NCBI GenBank assembly: GCA_965223545.1
Contig: OZ245006.1
Coordinates: 6,784,001-6,848,000 of the forward strand
Direction: 5' to 3'
Source of the DNA: Planctomycetota bacterium
GTDB lineage: Bacteria; Planctomycetota; UBA1135; UBA2386
Length of the DNA: 64,000 bases
Part shown: positions 32,187-42,206 of the stretch, in pieces
Layout: each line of letters begins with the position of its first letter
Position numbering within the stretch: position 1 is the first letter of the stretch
Program-made: the position numbers and the translations under genes
The notes under the pieces: model-generated
The model's database searches: none
The model's input: only the letters and a program-made list of their open reading frames with translations
What the model was told of the DNA's origin: nothing

Positions 32187-32762
32187 ATGACCTCGCTCGT
32201 CGCCGTGCTCCACCACGCCCCGCGCCGCGGCCGCCGTTCGCCCACGGCGGCCGCGGTCGACGAGCACGTCTTGCTGCGCCAGCAAGACCGCCTGCGCCGC
32301 TTGGTGCAGCGGCTGCTGGCGTGGTCTGGCGAGGCCGGTGAGATCGAGGACGTCGTGCAGGAGACGCTGTTGCGGGCGTGGACACACCGGCGCCGTTTTC
32401 GCGGCGACTGCGCGCTCGAGACCTGGCTGTCGCGCATCGCGCTCAACGCGGCGCGCAGTCACGTGCGCCGCCGCCGGCGGTGGGCGCGGCGCGCGCGTCC
32501 ACTCGACGGGGAGATCGAGGATGGTAGTGGCGGCGGCGCTGGCGATGGCCGCCCCGCCGAGGCGCACGCCGCCGTGCACCGCGGTCTCGCGGCTCTGTCG
32601 CACCGCGATCGCGAGGTGCTCGTGCTGCGCTATCTCGAACGCCGGCCGATCGTCGACATCGCCGGCTTGCTCGGCGTCGGCCGCGCCGCGGTCGACGCGC
32701 GGCTCAGCCGCGCGCGCGCTCGACTGCGCGAGGTGTTGCAGGGAGGTGTCGGTGGGGACTGA
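32187..32762 (+). CDS. ECF RNA polymerase sigma factor
   Basis: EDVVQETLLRAW, FRGDCALETWLSRIALN, LSHRDREVLVLRY, ARLSRARARLR. Confidence 0.9.
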   Translation: MTSLVAVLHHAPRRGRRSPTAAAVDEHVLLRQQDRLRRLVQRLLAWSGEAGEIEDVVQETLLRAWTHRRRFRGDCALETWLSRIALNAARSHVRRRRRWARRARPLDGEIEDGSGGGAGDGRPAEAHAAVHRGLAALSHRDREVLVLRYLERRPIVDIAGLLGVGRAAVDARLSRARARLREVLQGGVGGD

Positions 32763-33279
32763 AGAACGCCTGGCGCAGCTGCTGCGCGATGCAGACGCCG
32801 CGGTCCCACCGGCCGCCGCGCCGCCGATCACCGCCGCCACCCTGCGGGCGCGCGCCCGGCAGCGGCAGCGCCGTCGCGCTGCGGTGGCGGGGCTGTTGCT
32901 GCTCGGGGCGCTCGCCTTGGTGCCCGCGTGGCCGGCCTCGTCGCCGCAGTCGCCCAGCGCAGCACCGACAGTGGAAGGCGCGCTCGCCGAGGTGCGGGCG
33001 GCGAGCGTGGGGCTGGCGCGCGGCACGGCGCTGGCGGTCGACGCCGCCGCGGCGGCCGCCGCCCGCGCCGTCGAGCGCGCCGCCGCTGCCGCGCTGTGGA
33101 GCGCCGAAGTGCTGGGGGCGACTGCGGCCAGTCCCGACGCCGCGTTGCTCGGCGTGGTGCAGCACCTGCCCGCGACCGACGCCGCGGAGCGCGCCCGTGC
33201 GCTGCTGGCCGGCCGCGACGCTCAGGCAGAGGGGCCGACGACCGAATCCCGACCGAAGCGAAGAGAGGATCGACGATGA
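32752..33279 (+). CDS. Putative membrane anti-sigma factor
   Basis: Overlaps the ECF stop, GGAGG RBS, EERLAQLLR N-terminus, basic patch then a single TM segment. Confidence 0.6.
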   Translation: MGTEERLAQLLRDADAAVPPAAAPPITAATLRARARQRQRRRAAVAGLLLLGALALVPAWPASSPQSPSAAPTVEGALAEVRAASVGLARGTALAVDAAAAAAARAVERAAAAALWSAEVLGATAASPDAALLGVVQHLPATDAAERARALLAGRDAQAEGPTTESRPKRREDRR

Positions 33280-34391
33280 CGATGACCGAGCGTTGTGTTT
33301 TCGCGCCCGCGCGCGCGGCCTGGCTATTGGTGGGGCTCGCGGGAGTGTCTGGACTGGCGACGGCGCAGGAGACGCGGCGCTGCGCCGTCGGCATCACGGT
33401 GCACCACGACCCGACCGCCTTCCGCCTCACCGAGAGGTTGTTGACCGCGCTCGTCGGGCCGTCGGCCCGCGCGGCGCTGCTGCGCCAGGTCTACGGCGAA
33501 GGCAGCGACTTGCCGGCTTCGGCGGTGACGGCGTGGGTCGAGGACGGCACCCCGACGCAGGCCGGGATCATTGAGCAGCCGCCAGGCACCTTCGTCGGCG
33601 AGCTCCGCGTCGAGCTCGGGGCGGAGGTGCCGGTGGGGCGCGACGAGGTCTTCATCGACGGCTTGGCGGCGGTGTTGGAGACCGGCATCGTCGAGCGAAT
33701 CGCCATCGGGCCGCGACAGCTCGCCGACGAGGCGCGGGCGCGGTTGGTGGAGCGTCGGCACGAGCTGCTCGAGCATGCGGAGCAGTGGCGCACACAGCTC
33801 GCCTCGCCCGAGGAGCAAGCGCAACGACCGTTGGTCGCCTGCGAGCAGCAGGCCGAGAGCTTGCGGGAGCAGCTCCTGCAGGCCAGCCTGGAGCAGCGCA
33901 CCGCGCTGGCGTCGATCGTCGCGCTACAGCGCGAGATCGCGGAGATGTCGGCGCGGCTCGACGAACAGTTCGCGCAACGCGAGGTCATGGCGGTGGCGTG
34001 TGCCCGCGCCGAGAATCGGCTGGCGGAGGCGGCGGGCCAGGAGCAGGTCGACGAGATGCAGCGCGCCCTGGGCGATGCCCGCGCCCAAGAGAGCCGCGTC
34101 GCCAACGAGATCAGCCGCGTCACCCAGACGCTCGAGGCGCTGAGCAGCGAGATCTCTCGCCTCTCGGTGCAGCGCGTCCTGGGGGCCGAGCGCGGCGCCG
34201 CGCTGGCCGACCGACTGAGCGACGCCGAGGCGGCCTCCCGCGCGGCCCGGCGCCGGCAGAGCGAGCGCGAGGCGGGAGAGCAGGAGCTCGCCCGCCTCGC
34301 CGCGCAGCTTTCGGCGGTGTCCGAGCAGATGGCGACTCTCGACGCGCGGATCGCGGCGCTGTCGGCCGCGCGCGTGGTGGTTTGGCGGTAG
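33276..34391 (+). CDS. Secreted coiled-coil protein
   Basis: ATGA coupling, signal peptide ending ATA-Q, long heptad-rich C-terminal half. Confidence 0.65.
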   Translation: MTMTERCVFAPARAAWLLVGLAGVSGLATAQETRRCAVGITVHHDPTAFRLTERLLTALVGPSARAALLRQVYGEGSDLPASAVTAWVEDGTPTQAGIIEQPPGTFVGELRVELGAEVPVGRDEVFIDGLAAVLETGIVERIAIGPRQLADEARARLVERRHELLEHAEQWRTQLASPEEQAQRPLVACEQQAESLREQLLQASLEQRTALASIVALQREIAEMSARLDEQFAQREVMAVACARAENRLAEAAGQEQVDEMQRALGDARAQESRVANEISRVTQTLEALSSEISRLSVQRVLGAERGAALADRLSDAEAASRAARRRQSEREAGEQELARLAAQLSAVSEQMATLDARIAALSAARVVVWR

Positions 34392-34431
34392 CGACGGGCC
34401 TCCGCGGTTTGAGGCTTCAAGGGCCCGGGTC

Positions 34432-34463
34432 TTGACAGCCGAACTGTAAGTGGATACTTACAG
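34432..34463 (+). promoter_or_regulatory. Sigma70-like -35 (TTGACA) with perfect 8-bp inverted repeat, probable TetR operator
   Basis: TTGACA at 34432-34437; CTGTAAGT-GGAT-ACTTACAG at 34444-34463 covers the -10 region, upstream of an operon containing a TetR gene. Confidence 0.75.
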
Positions 34464-34489
34464 ATTCGAATCCAACCGCGGAGAACGAC

Positions 34490-35053
34490 ATGAACAAGCT
34501 GTTTGCAAGTTGTGGGGTCCTGTTGGCCGGGTGTTTGCTCTCCCAGCCGGAGTCGACGGGCGGTGCGGCGGCGCCCACGGCCTCCGGTGCGGTCGAGCCG
34601 ATGGTGCTCGGCACGTTCGACTCGCGCGCGGTGCTCACCGCGCACGTGCGTTCCAAGGCCTTCTCGGACTACCTCGCCGCTCAGCGGGCCGACATCGACA
34701 AGGCCACGGCGCGGGCGCGGGATGCCGGCGACCAGGCGTTGGTCGCGGCGCTCGACGAGCTCGGACCGGCGATGCAGCGGCGCATCCACGAGCAGGGCTT
34801 CGGCACGGCGCCGATCGACGACCTGTTGGCGACGTTGAAAGAGCGCTTGCCGGTGCTGGCGAAGCAGGCCGGCGTCGATGCGATCGTGTGCAAGTGGGAT
34901 CTCGTCTACACCGCCGATCCCGCGCGCTGCGTCGACGTCACCGAGCTGCTGGTCGAGGAGTTCGCGCCGGACGAGGCGACGTGGAAGGCGGTGCGCAGCC
35001 TGATGGCCAGTGAGCCGGTCTCCGCGGAGCAGCTGCGCGCGCACCGCCACTGA
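34490..35053 (+). CDS. Secreted OmpH/Skp-like protein
   Basis: Signal peptide; LGTFDSRAVL strand, helical hairpin, LAKQAGVDAIV..VDVTELLV C-terminus resembling Skp. Confidence 0.55.
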   Translation: MNKLFASCGVLLAGCLLSQPESTGGAAAPTASGAVEPMVLGTFDSRAVLTAHVRSKAFSDYLAAQRADIDKATARARDAGDQALVAALDELGPAMQRRIHEQGFGTAPIDDLLATLKERLPVLAKQAGVDAIVCKWDLVYTADPARCVDVTELLVEEFAPDEATWKAVRSLMASEPVSAEQLRAHRH

Positions 35054-35076
35054 CGCGCGGCGGTAGGATCGGCGTC

Positions 35077-35661
35077 ATGCCACCGGCCTCCCGTCTCGCC
35101 GAGCAGCGCGCCGCGCTGCTGCCGATCCTCGCCCAGGCCTTCGGCGAGCTCGGTTATCGGCGCACGACCACCGCCGAGCTCGGCCGTCGTTGTGGAGTGC
35201 GCGAGAACATCCTCTACCGGCACTGGCCCGACAAGGTGTCGATGTTCGTTGCCGCGCTCGAGTACGTGCACGACCTGGCGCTCGAAACCTGGACGGCGGT
35301 GCTCGATGGCGCGCCGGAGGAAGGCGGTGGAGCCCATCGGTTGCTCGAGTACGAAGCGCGGCATCTGGGCGAGTTCCGCAACTACCGGATCATCTTCAGC
35401 GCGCTCGGCGACCTCGACCAGCCGGAGATCCGGCGCGCGCTGCGCCGGATGTACCGCAGCTTCCACCGCGTCATTCGCGGCGCGATCGATGCCGCGCGGC
35501 CCCGCGATACCGCCCCGCCCGCCGACCAAGCCGCGTGGGCGGTGTTGGGGCTGGGCACCATGGCGACCATTCTGGCTGAGCTCGGTGAGGTCGGTGCCCG
35601 CCGGCGCGCGGCGTTGATCAACGGAGTCGGTCGACTCTTGATCGACGGCAGCGGCCGCTGA
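35077..35661 (+). CDS. TetR/AcrR-family transcriptional regulator
   Basis: AFGELGYRRTTTAELGRRCGVRENILYRHWPDK HTH. Confidence 0.9.
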   Translation: MPPASRLAEQRAALLPILAQAFGELGYRRTTTAELGRRCGVRENILYRHWPDKVSMFVAALEYVHDLALETWTAVLDGAPEEGGGAHRLLEYEARHLGEFRNYRIIFSALGDLDQPEIRRALRRMYRSFHRVIRGAIDAARPRDTAPPADQAAWAVLGLGTMATILAELGEVGARRRAALINGVGRLLIDGSGR

Positions 35662-35676
35662 CCGTCGCCGCGCGGC

Positions 35677-36714
35677 CTATTTCGGCAGGCGCTCGAGTCG
35701 CTGGATCGCGATCTTGCCGGGCTCTTCGTACTTGGCCTTCTCGATGGTGTCGTCGTAGAGCTGGCGGGCGCGGCGCAGGTGGCTGGCCTGAGTGCGGCCC
35801 TTCATCTCGCGCTCGATGGCGTCCTCGAGCTTCGACCAGGCGCGCTTGTGCTCTTTGACGCGGTCGTCCCTCTGCAGCTTCTTGCGCTCCTTCTTGGCCC
35901 ATTCGGCGAGCGCGAGACCGTCGAACTCGAACTCCATGCACAACAGGCGTCCGTAGGCGATGTCGGCGTAGAGGCCGTTCTTCTCGCGGGCGTACTCGAG
36001 CTCGGTGCGCTTGTGCTCGGCGAGCTTTTCGACGTGCGCGATCAGCTTGGCGGCGTCGGCGGCGATCGCGGGATCCTCGGACTCGGTGAGTGCTTGTGCG
36101 GCAGCGTGCGCGGCGCCGTACGCGCCCCACTCAAAGGCGTCGACGGCGGCCTTCAGCCCGTCGTGCAGCTGGGGGAGCGCCGAGTCGAAGACGTCTTCGA
36201 GCAGCGTTTCCAGCGCGGCCTCGGACGGGATGTCGTGGCCGACGATCTCGCCGCGGGCGTTGATCAGGTAGAAGCGAGGGAAGCTGATCGCGCCGAAGGT
36301 GGAGAAGCGCCGTCGGGTTTCGTCCTCGGGATCCCAGCCGATGTAGTACGTCGGCTTGTGCTGCTCCATCATCTTGCGCAGCGTTGAGCCGCGGTTTTCG
36401 CTGATCGCGACGACGCGAAACCCCCGATCCTTGAACTTGTCGTGGAGCCTGGAGAGCGGCACGACCTTCGCCATGCAGGGCGCCGAGCTGCACAGGAAGA
36501 ACTCGAGCAGCCAGACTTTCCCTTTCAAGCTGGCCGCCGACAGCGGCTCGCTGTGCTCGGAGCCCGCGTCGTACCATGTGCGCGCGGAGATCTCGGGAAC
36601 GGGCTCGCCCATCATGTCGAGCCACCCCGATTGTGCGGGAGGGGTGACGCCGAGCGCCAACCCTGCGGCGAGGGCGATCGCGGGACTGCGGCTTGAGCGT
36701 GTGTGGGCTGCCAT
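35677..36714 (-). CDS. Secreted TlpA/redoxin-fold protein with helical C-terminal domain
   Basis: LKGKVWLLEFFLCSSAPC, GFRVVAIS, SFPRFYLINARGEIV. Confidence 0.8.
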   Translation of the reverse strand: MAAHTRSSRSPAIALAAGLALGVTPPAQSGWLDMMGEPVPEISARTWYDAGSEHSEPLSAASLKGKVWLLEFFLCSSAPCMAKVVPLSRLHDKFKDRGFRVVAISENRGSTLRKMMEQHKPTYYIGWDPEDETRRRFSTFGAISFPRFYLINARGEIVGHDIPSEAALETLLEDVFDSALPQLHDGLKAAVDAFEWGAYGAAHAAAQALTESEDPAIAADAAKLIAHVEKLAEHKRTELEYAREKNGLYADIAYGRLLCMEFEFDGLALAEWAKKERKKLQRDDRVKEHKRAWSKLEDAIEREMKGRTQASHLRRARQLYDDTIEKAKYEEPGKIAIQRLERLPK

Positions 36715-36791
36715 GGTTGCCGATTCTACCTCCGTGGAGTTCCGGGGAGAGGGTTCTTCGCCCGTCCCCTACGCAGGTTGGGTCGGTTTGT

Positions 36792-37841
36792 TCATTCGCG
36801 CCACTGCAGACTGGCGACGATTCCGCGGTGATCGGACCGGGTTTCTTGTCCCAGCGCGAACGCGGTCGTGACCAGCGCTGGCGAGTGGAGCACGTGGTCG
36901 ACGGCGATGCGCAGTAGCTGCGGCACGCCCCGGTCCATCGGCCACGTGCCCGGCGCGCGCCCCCCGGCGGCGGCCGCGCTCGACACCAGGCCACGGTCGT
37001 GCAGCCGAGCGAGGAACGCGCTCCGCGGCGGGGCGTTGAAGTCGCCGGCGACGACGACCGGCAGGGGGTCGCGGTCGATCCACGCAAGCAGCGCGCGGCG
37101 GTCGCGGTGGGCGAGCCGGTAGAGGGCGAGCGGGTGCGGCCGGCGCGGGTGGATGCCGTAGACCGCGAGCACGCGCCCGCGCCACCGCAGCGGCACGCGC
37201 AGCTGCTGGAAGGCGCCGAGCGTCTCGATCTGCGCCGCGCCCGCAGCCGGGTGGCGCGACCAGATCGCCATCGCCAAGCCCTCGATTGGCGCGCCGTTGC
37301 GTGGTGTCGCCGCCGCGAGGAAGCGGTGGGGGTAGTCGGCGGGGAACCAGTCGGCCAGGATCGCGGTCCAGGCCGTGCCGCACTCGGGCAGCACCAGCAC
37401 GTCGGCGTTCAGCTGTTGGAGCGCGGTGCGCAGTGAGGGGTCGCCGAGCTGGTCGGCGTTGGGGTTGACGGTGGCCAGTCGCAGGGGTGGCGGGCTGGCG
37501 GTGTCCGCTGCGCCGGGATTGTCGGCGGTTGCCGTCGGCCCGAACTCGACCGCGGCGATGCCGGCTCCACACCCCAGCAGCAGCAAGCCAGCGGGCCGGT
37601 GCAGCAGAAGTAGGGGCACGCCGGCCGCCAGGGCGAGCAGGCCGATCGGCAGCCAGAGCGCCGCCGCCGCCTCGGCGGCGTAGCCGGCCCAGCCGTCCCA
37701 GCCGGGCGCGTCGCCGCCGAGCCACGGGGCGACGCCGCCGAGAAGGGCGGCCGCCGCGATCGGCGCGGTCGCCACCCAAGCCGCCGCGCGGACGGCGCGG
37801 CGCCGGGTCGGCGCGGTCGATTGGGCTACGGCCCCGGTCAT
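36792..37841 (-). CDS. Membrane-anchored endonuclease/exonuclease/phosphatase family protein
   Basis: N-terminal TMs, RLATVN, ADVLVLPE, VVAGDFNA, AVDHVL, RSDHRG. Confidence 0.85.
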   Translation of the reverse strand: MTGAVAQSTAPTRRRAVRAAAWVATAPIAAAALLGGVAPWLGGDAPGWDGWAGYAAEAAAALWLPIGLLALAAGVPLLLLHRPAGLLLLGCGAGIAAVEFGPTATADNPGAADTASPPPLRLATVNPNADQLGDPSLRTALQQLNADVLVLPECGTAWTAILADWFPADYPHRFLAAATPRNGAPIEGLAMAIWSRHPAAGAAQIETLGAFQQLRVPLRWRGRVLAVYGIHPRRPHPLALYRLAHRDRRALLAWIDRDPLPVVVAGDFNAPPRSAFLARLHDRGLVSSAAAAGGRAPGTWPMDRGVPQLLRIAVDHVLHSPALVTTAFALGQETRSDHRGIVASLQWRE

Positions 37842-37886
37842 CCGCCGGTGATTGTAGAATCGCTCAGCATCTCGAGGAGGACTCCC

Positions 37887-39026
37887 ATGCGCAGACCCAG
37901 TCTAGGTGCGTCGTCGATCGCGGCCCTCGCGGCCGCGTTGTTTCCCAGCGTGGCCCCCGCGAGCGTGCAAGGCGCGGTGCTCGTCGTCGACGCAGCGGGT
38001 GGTCCCGGCGTGCAGCACACCGCGATCCACACCGCGGTCGCCGCCGCAGCGCCGGGCGACACCGTGTTGGTGCGCGCGGGCAGCTACCCGGGGTTCGCGG
38101 TCGGCAAGCCGCTTTTGGTGATTGCCGATGCGGGCGCCGCCGTGCAGGTGTCGGGGGCGGTCTCGGTGGCCGGCACCGCGGTCGGTGAGACCGTCACGTT
38201 GCTCGGCCTGGAGTTCCGCGGCTATCCGGCGAGCCTGCAGATCACCGGCTGCCGCGGTCCGGTCTGGATCGAGGCGTGCCGCACGCGCATCGGCGGCGCC
38301 GGCTTCCACGCGCTGGAGATCAGCGACAGCGCGGCCGTGACCGTCGCGCGCAGTCGCCTCGAGGCGGCCGGCACGGGTGGCTACGGCGTCGGCGTGCTGC
38401 GCTCGAATGCCTACTTCGCGCAGACGAGTATTCGCGGCGGCGACGGCGCCTTCGAAGTCAGCGCTGGCTGCGGTTTGGTCGTCCAGGGAACGCCGCAAGT
38501 GGGTGGGTTCGCATTCCTCACCGATTGCTCGGTGTCGGGCGGCATGGATCTGTACGGCGGACTGACGATCGCCGTCGGTGGCTGGGGATACCACCACATC
38601 GAGCTGCTCGACTCCGCACTGCTCGGCCCGCGCTTCTCTTCGACACCCCCTGGCACGATCAACCAGCGCACCGGTGCGGGCCGCACCCTCGCCGCGTCGT
38701 CACCCGTGCGCGGTGGCAACATCCTCAACCTCGACTTCTTGGCGCAGCCCGGCGACGTGGTCGGTGTGCTGATCGCCGCCAGCCCGCTCTCGTCCGCTCC
38801 ACTGCTCGAGGCGTGGAACGGCGTGCTGTTGCTCGCGCCGCCGTGGTCGGCCTTCGCCGCCGGCGTCGTGCCCGTCAGTGGTCAACACCGCGTCCGGCTG
38901 CCGGTGCCGGCGTTGGCCGCGGGGCGCGACGTGGTGCAGCTTTACGTGCAGGGATTCGGGGTCGGGGGCTCGTCGGTTTGGATCGGGTCGGGCTCGGCGC
39001 TGGCGGTGTTGAACGCGCGGTTCTGA
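37887..39026 (+). CDS. Secreted beta-helix-like protein with shared C-terminal domain
   Basis: GAGGAGG RBS, signal peptide, IHTAVAAAAPGDTVLVRAGSY (pectin-lyase-like N-cap), C-terminal LPVPA..LYVQG. Confidence 0.7.
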   Translation: MRRPSLGASSIAALAAALFPSVAPASVQGAVLVVDAAGGPGVQHTAIHTAVAAAAPGDTVLVRAGSYPGFAVGKPLLVIADAGAAVQVSGAVSVAGTAVGETVTLLGLEFRGYPASLQITGCRGPVWIEACRTRIGGAGFHALEISDSAAVTVARSRLEAAGTGGYGVGVLRSNAYFAQTSIRGGDGAFEVSAGCGLVVQGTPQVGGFAFLTDCSVSGGMDLYGGLTIAVGGWGYHHIELLDSALLGPRFSSTPPGTINQRTGAGRTLAASSPVRGGNILNLDFLAQPGDVVGVLIAASPLSSAPLLEAWNGVLLLAPPWSAFAAGVVPVSGQHRVRLPVPALAAGRDVVQLYVQGFGVGGSSVWIGSGSALAVLNARF

Positions 39027-39046
39027 GGCTGGTCGAGCCAGCTGCC

Positions 39047-40129
39047 TCACCGATGCGTGAGGCGTACGATCGGCCCGCGGCCGACGAACACCCGACCGCT
39101 GGCCGGATAGGGCTGCCCGCTGGCGACGGGCAGCGAGCGCACCGTGCTGAGCGCGGCGGGCGGCATCGCCGTGCCGATCGTCAGCTCGAGGCCGTTGGTG
39201 GTGGTGATGCCGGCGGGGTTGCTGATCGGCGCGGATTCGAGATTGACGCCCTGCGCGAACACCGACATGCCCAAGGCGTTGGCCGACAGTGGCAGCGGGA
39301 TCCTGAGCAAGTGGCCGCTGTCCAGCTGGCTCCCCAGCGGGGTGCCGAACACGAACGGCACCACCAGCGTGGGGGCGGCGTAAAGCGTGCAACCCGTGGC
39401 GCCGATGTTCTGCAGCGATACCGAAGTCTGTGCCGCGCCGAACATCACTAAACCCGGAGTTCCGGGTTCGCCGAAGGTCGTGACGAACGCATCCGAACCC
39501 GGCAGTAGGAATCGCGCGGAGGCCGCGGCCGTCGTGTCGCTGCGCAGTGCCCCGACGCCGCACGGCGTGCCGAAGTTGCGCACCCGGCTGCCGGTGAACT
39601 CCTGCACCGCGTCGACCGACCAGAGGATCCGGCCGCCGGCCGCGACGGGCTCGCCCTCGATTTCGATGCACAGGTCGCCACCCAAGTACGGGTACGGCGC
39701 AATGAAGCGCAGCTCGACCGCGTTGGGCGCCGCCCAAACCGGTGGATTCTGTGCAGCGGTCGAGGCGGGCAGAGCGACCGTCCCGTTGAACACCGTCACC
39801 GGCGCCGGCCCGGAGTTGTCGGTAAACAACGACGACGGTGCCACCGGCGAGCGCTGTGCGGGCGACAAGCGCACCGTCAGCAGCGAACTCGACGCCGCGT
39901 AAGGCAACCCGAGGGCCGCGTCGCGCCGAAACCATAGGGCGTCGATCTGCTTGCCGATCAATCCGCCGAGCTCGCGGGCATGCAGCAGGATCTGTTGGCG
40001 AAAGCGATCCTCGAAGCCCGCGACGAAGCCGCGTGACCCGGCTTCTTGTTGGTCGTAGGCGCTGGGCACGACGACATCTTGCGCGGCGAGCCCGCTACAT
40101 GCGGCGAACAAGAAAACCAGTTTGCGCAT
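39047..40129 (-). CDS. Secreted hypothetical protein, paralog of 54519-55631
   Basis: Signal peptide MRKLVFLFAACSGLAAQ; shares AGF..FRQQ, GKQID.LW.RR, LCIEIEG, SNPAG.TTTNGL.LT.G and RGP.. with the paralog. Confidence 0.8.
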   Translation of the reverse strand: MRKLVFLFAACSGLAAQDVVVPSAYDQQEAGSRGFVAGFEDRFRQQILLHARELGGLIGKQIDALWFRRDAALGLPYAASSSLLTVRLSPAQRSPVAPSSLFTDNSGPAPVTVFNGTVALPASTAAQNPPVWAAPNAVELRFIAPYPYLGGDLCIEIEGEPVAAGGRILWSVDAVQEFTGSRVRNFGTPCGVGALRSDTTAAASARFLLPGSDAFVTTFGEPGTPGLVMFGAAQTSVSLQNIGATGCTLYAAPTLVVPFVFGTPLGSQLDSGHLLRIPLPLSANALGMSVFAQGVNLESAPISNPAGITTTNGLELTIGTAMPPAALSTVRSLPVASGQPYPASGRVFVGRGPIVRLTHR

Positions 40130-40130
40130 C

Positions 40131-40403
40131 TCAGACTCCCGTACTCACGACCTCGATGAACTCTTCAGAACCGCCGGGGATGACGCGGTCGGACAACACG
40201 ATCGTCGACGAGCCGACCGGTGCCTCGACCTCGCCGTTGCCGTCGCTGTCGAGCGTGACTTCCTCCCACGCTCCCCCGTCGACCGACGCGTACAGCGTGC
40301 CTTCACCCTGGTAGGTGACCGAAACCGTGCCGCCCTCGGTGACGGGATTGGGGGTGGCGGTGATTTCGGACGAACCGGGCGCTACCGAAACGAGCTGGAC
40401 CAC
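40131..40403 (-). CDS. Small acidic beta-rich protein, paralog of 55628-55900
   Basis: GTG start inferred; LYASVDGGAWEE..DGNGEVEAP.GS..IVLSDR matches the paralog; stop lies 1 nt from the next start. Confidence 0.7.
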   Translation of the reverse strand: MVQLVSVAPGSSEITATPNPVTEGGTVSVTYQGEGTLYASVDGGAWEEVTLDSDGNGEVEAPVGSSTIVLSDRVIPGGSEEFIEVVSTGV

Positions 40404-40550
40404 TGCGATGGCACAGGCTGCTCGCCACGGCTCACACCACATGCCTGATGCGGTTGCGCCGACGCGTCGGCGCGGCGGAATCTCTCTCCTCATTGGCGCG
40501 AGATTAGCCGCCGGTGCCCGTGAAGGCAAACGATCGCGGATCGGCGGCGC

Positions 40551-42206
40551 TCAACGCCGTGCCGCGGCAGCGCGCACTTCCGCCAGCCCCGGCCAATCGG
40601 CGTCCGCGTCGCGCCATATCGCTGCCAACCGCGCCAACACGGCCGTAGCCCCGGCGTCGTCGCCCAACGCTCGCCGTGCGCGTCCCAGCCCCAACAGTGA
40701 GCGCGCGCGGCCCGGTGCGCGCACCAGGGCGCGTTCGAAATGCTCCAGCGCCTCGCGCGCCTCGCCGTGCGCCAGCAACATCTCGCCCAGCGCTTCGTGC
40801 GCCGGCTTGGCGACCAGGGGTGGGCCGAAGTCGAGGTCCATCGCGTCCTCGGTCGCGCACGCTTCGCGCAAGTGCGCGAGCGTCCGCGCGGTGTCGCCCT
40901 CTCGCGCGGCGAGCGCGGCCTCGATCTGGTGGGTGACGACGCGGGCGGCGAGCTGGTCCTCGGCGGTCTCCGCGCGCTGGCCGCTGGGCGCGCAGCACGA
41001 CGCTGTGCTGCTTGCCAGAGCGTCGAGCGCGAGCTGCATCGGCGCCAGACGTCGCACGGTCTCGAGGGAGGTGCGGGCGTCGTCGGTTTGGCCGCGCGCC
41101 AGCGCCGACATCGCGCGCGCGAAGTGGTCGGTGGCGATCGTCGACGGCAGCAGGCCGTCGTGCGCGACCTCGAGGACGCCGTAGTCTCCCGGCCACGCGT
41201 CGGTCTCGACCAAGTGCGCGGCGCGCATCACGATCAGGTGAAAGCGCAGGCGCTGCGTCGGGTCTTCGCCGTGATCTCGCCGGACTTGGTCGAGCAAGGC
41301 CGCTGCGTCGGCGGCCCGGCCCCGCTGCAGGTAGCTGTAGGCGAGCCACTGGCAGGCGTGCCAGTTGCGGTCGTCGACGCCGAGCCCCTTGCGCTCGCGC
41401 CGTCGGTCGCCGGCGGCGAACGACGCTTCGTTGGCGAGGATCGAGTCCTGCCAGCGCCCGAGCGCGACGTAGATGTGGGAGGGCATGTGCAGCGCGTGGC
41501 CGGCGTCGGGGGCGATGCGGTCGTAGCGCTGCGCCATCGCGAGCCCGAGCGGCGCGTGCACGGGATCGTCGTAGCAGTGGATCAAGTAGTGCAGCAGCCC
41601 CGGGTGATCGGGGTGGCGGTGGTAGAGCGGCTGCAGGACTCCCGCGGCGCGCATGTAGATCCGCGGGTCGCGCCGGCCGAAGCTGGTGCCCAGGATCGCG
41701 AGGCCGCGCATGGCGCCGATCTCGACGTCGTGCGGGTAGCGCGCCTGCAGCGCCGCCAGCCGCTCCGCGTAGGCGGTCCAGCGCGCGTTGCGCGGCCCGT
41801 CGCCAAACAGCGCCTCGACGGTCGCGAGCCAACCACGTTCCAGGTCGGTGCCGGCCGCCGCTTGGCGCTCGGCCGGGCTCGCGCCGAGCTCGGCGAGCGC
41901 CGCGCGCGCGAGGTCGGGCTCTTCGCGCCGCCAGATGGGGTGGTAGAAGGTCAGCGCCTCGCCCCAGGTCGCCATCGCCAGGCCGGGCTCGAGCTTGCCC
42001 GCGCGGCGGAATGCGGTGCGCGCGTCCTCGTACTCGAAGCTGTGCAGCAGGAGCACGCCCTCTTCGAAGGCCGCCTGTGCCGCCGGCTGTTGCGCCGAGG
42101 TGGGAAAGTCGATGTGACCGAGCTGCGCGGCCACCGCCCCGCTCGGCAGCGCCGCGGTCGTCAGCCAGAGCGCGGCACGGGAGGACCGGTGGAGGAGTCG
42201 GTGCAT
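40551..42206 (-). CDS. Secreted TPR protein
   Basis: Signal peptide; LGHIDFPTSA..AFEEGVLLLHSFEY, HPGLLHYLIHCYD, HALHMPSHIY; C-terminal TPRs. Confidence 0.85.
   Translation of the reverse strand: MHRLLHRSSRAALWLTTAALPSGAVAAQLGHIDFPTSAQQPAAQAAFEEGVLLLHSFEYEDARTAFRRAGKLEPGLAMATWGEALTFYHPIWRREEPDLARAALAELGASPAERQAAAGTDLERGWLATVEALFGDGPRNARWTAYAERLAALQARYPHDVEIGAMRGLAILGTSFGRRDPRIYMRAAGVLQPLYHRHPDHPGLLHYLIHCYDDPVHAPLGLAMAQRYDRIAPDAGHALHMPSHIYVALGRWQDSILANEASFAAGDRRRERKGLGVDDRNWHACQWLAYSYLQRGRAADAAALLDQVRRDHGEDPTQRLRFHLIVMRAAHLVETDAWPGDYGVLEVAHDGLLPSTIATDHFARAMSALARGQTDDARTSLETVRRLAPMQLALDALASSTASCCAPSGQRAETAEDQLAARVVTHQIEAALAAREGDTARTLAHLREACATEDAMDLDFGPPLVAKPAHEALGEMLLAHGEAREALEHFERALVRAPGRARSLLGLGRARRALGDDAGATAVLARLAAIWRDADADWPGLAEVRAAAARR

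Noticed and set aside
36470..36500. Selenocysteine in the redoxin active site
   Set aside because: The codon is TCG (Ser), not TGA.
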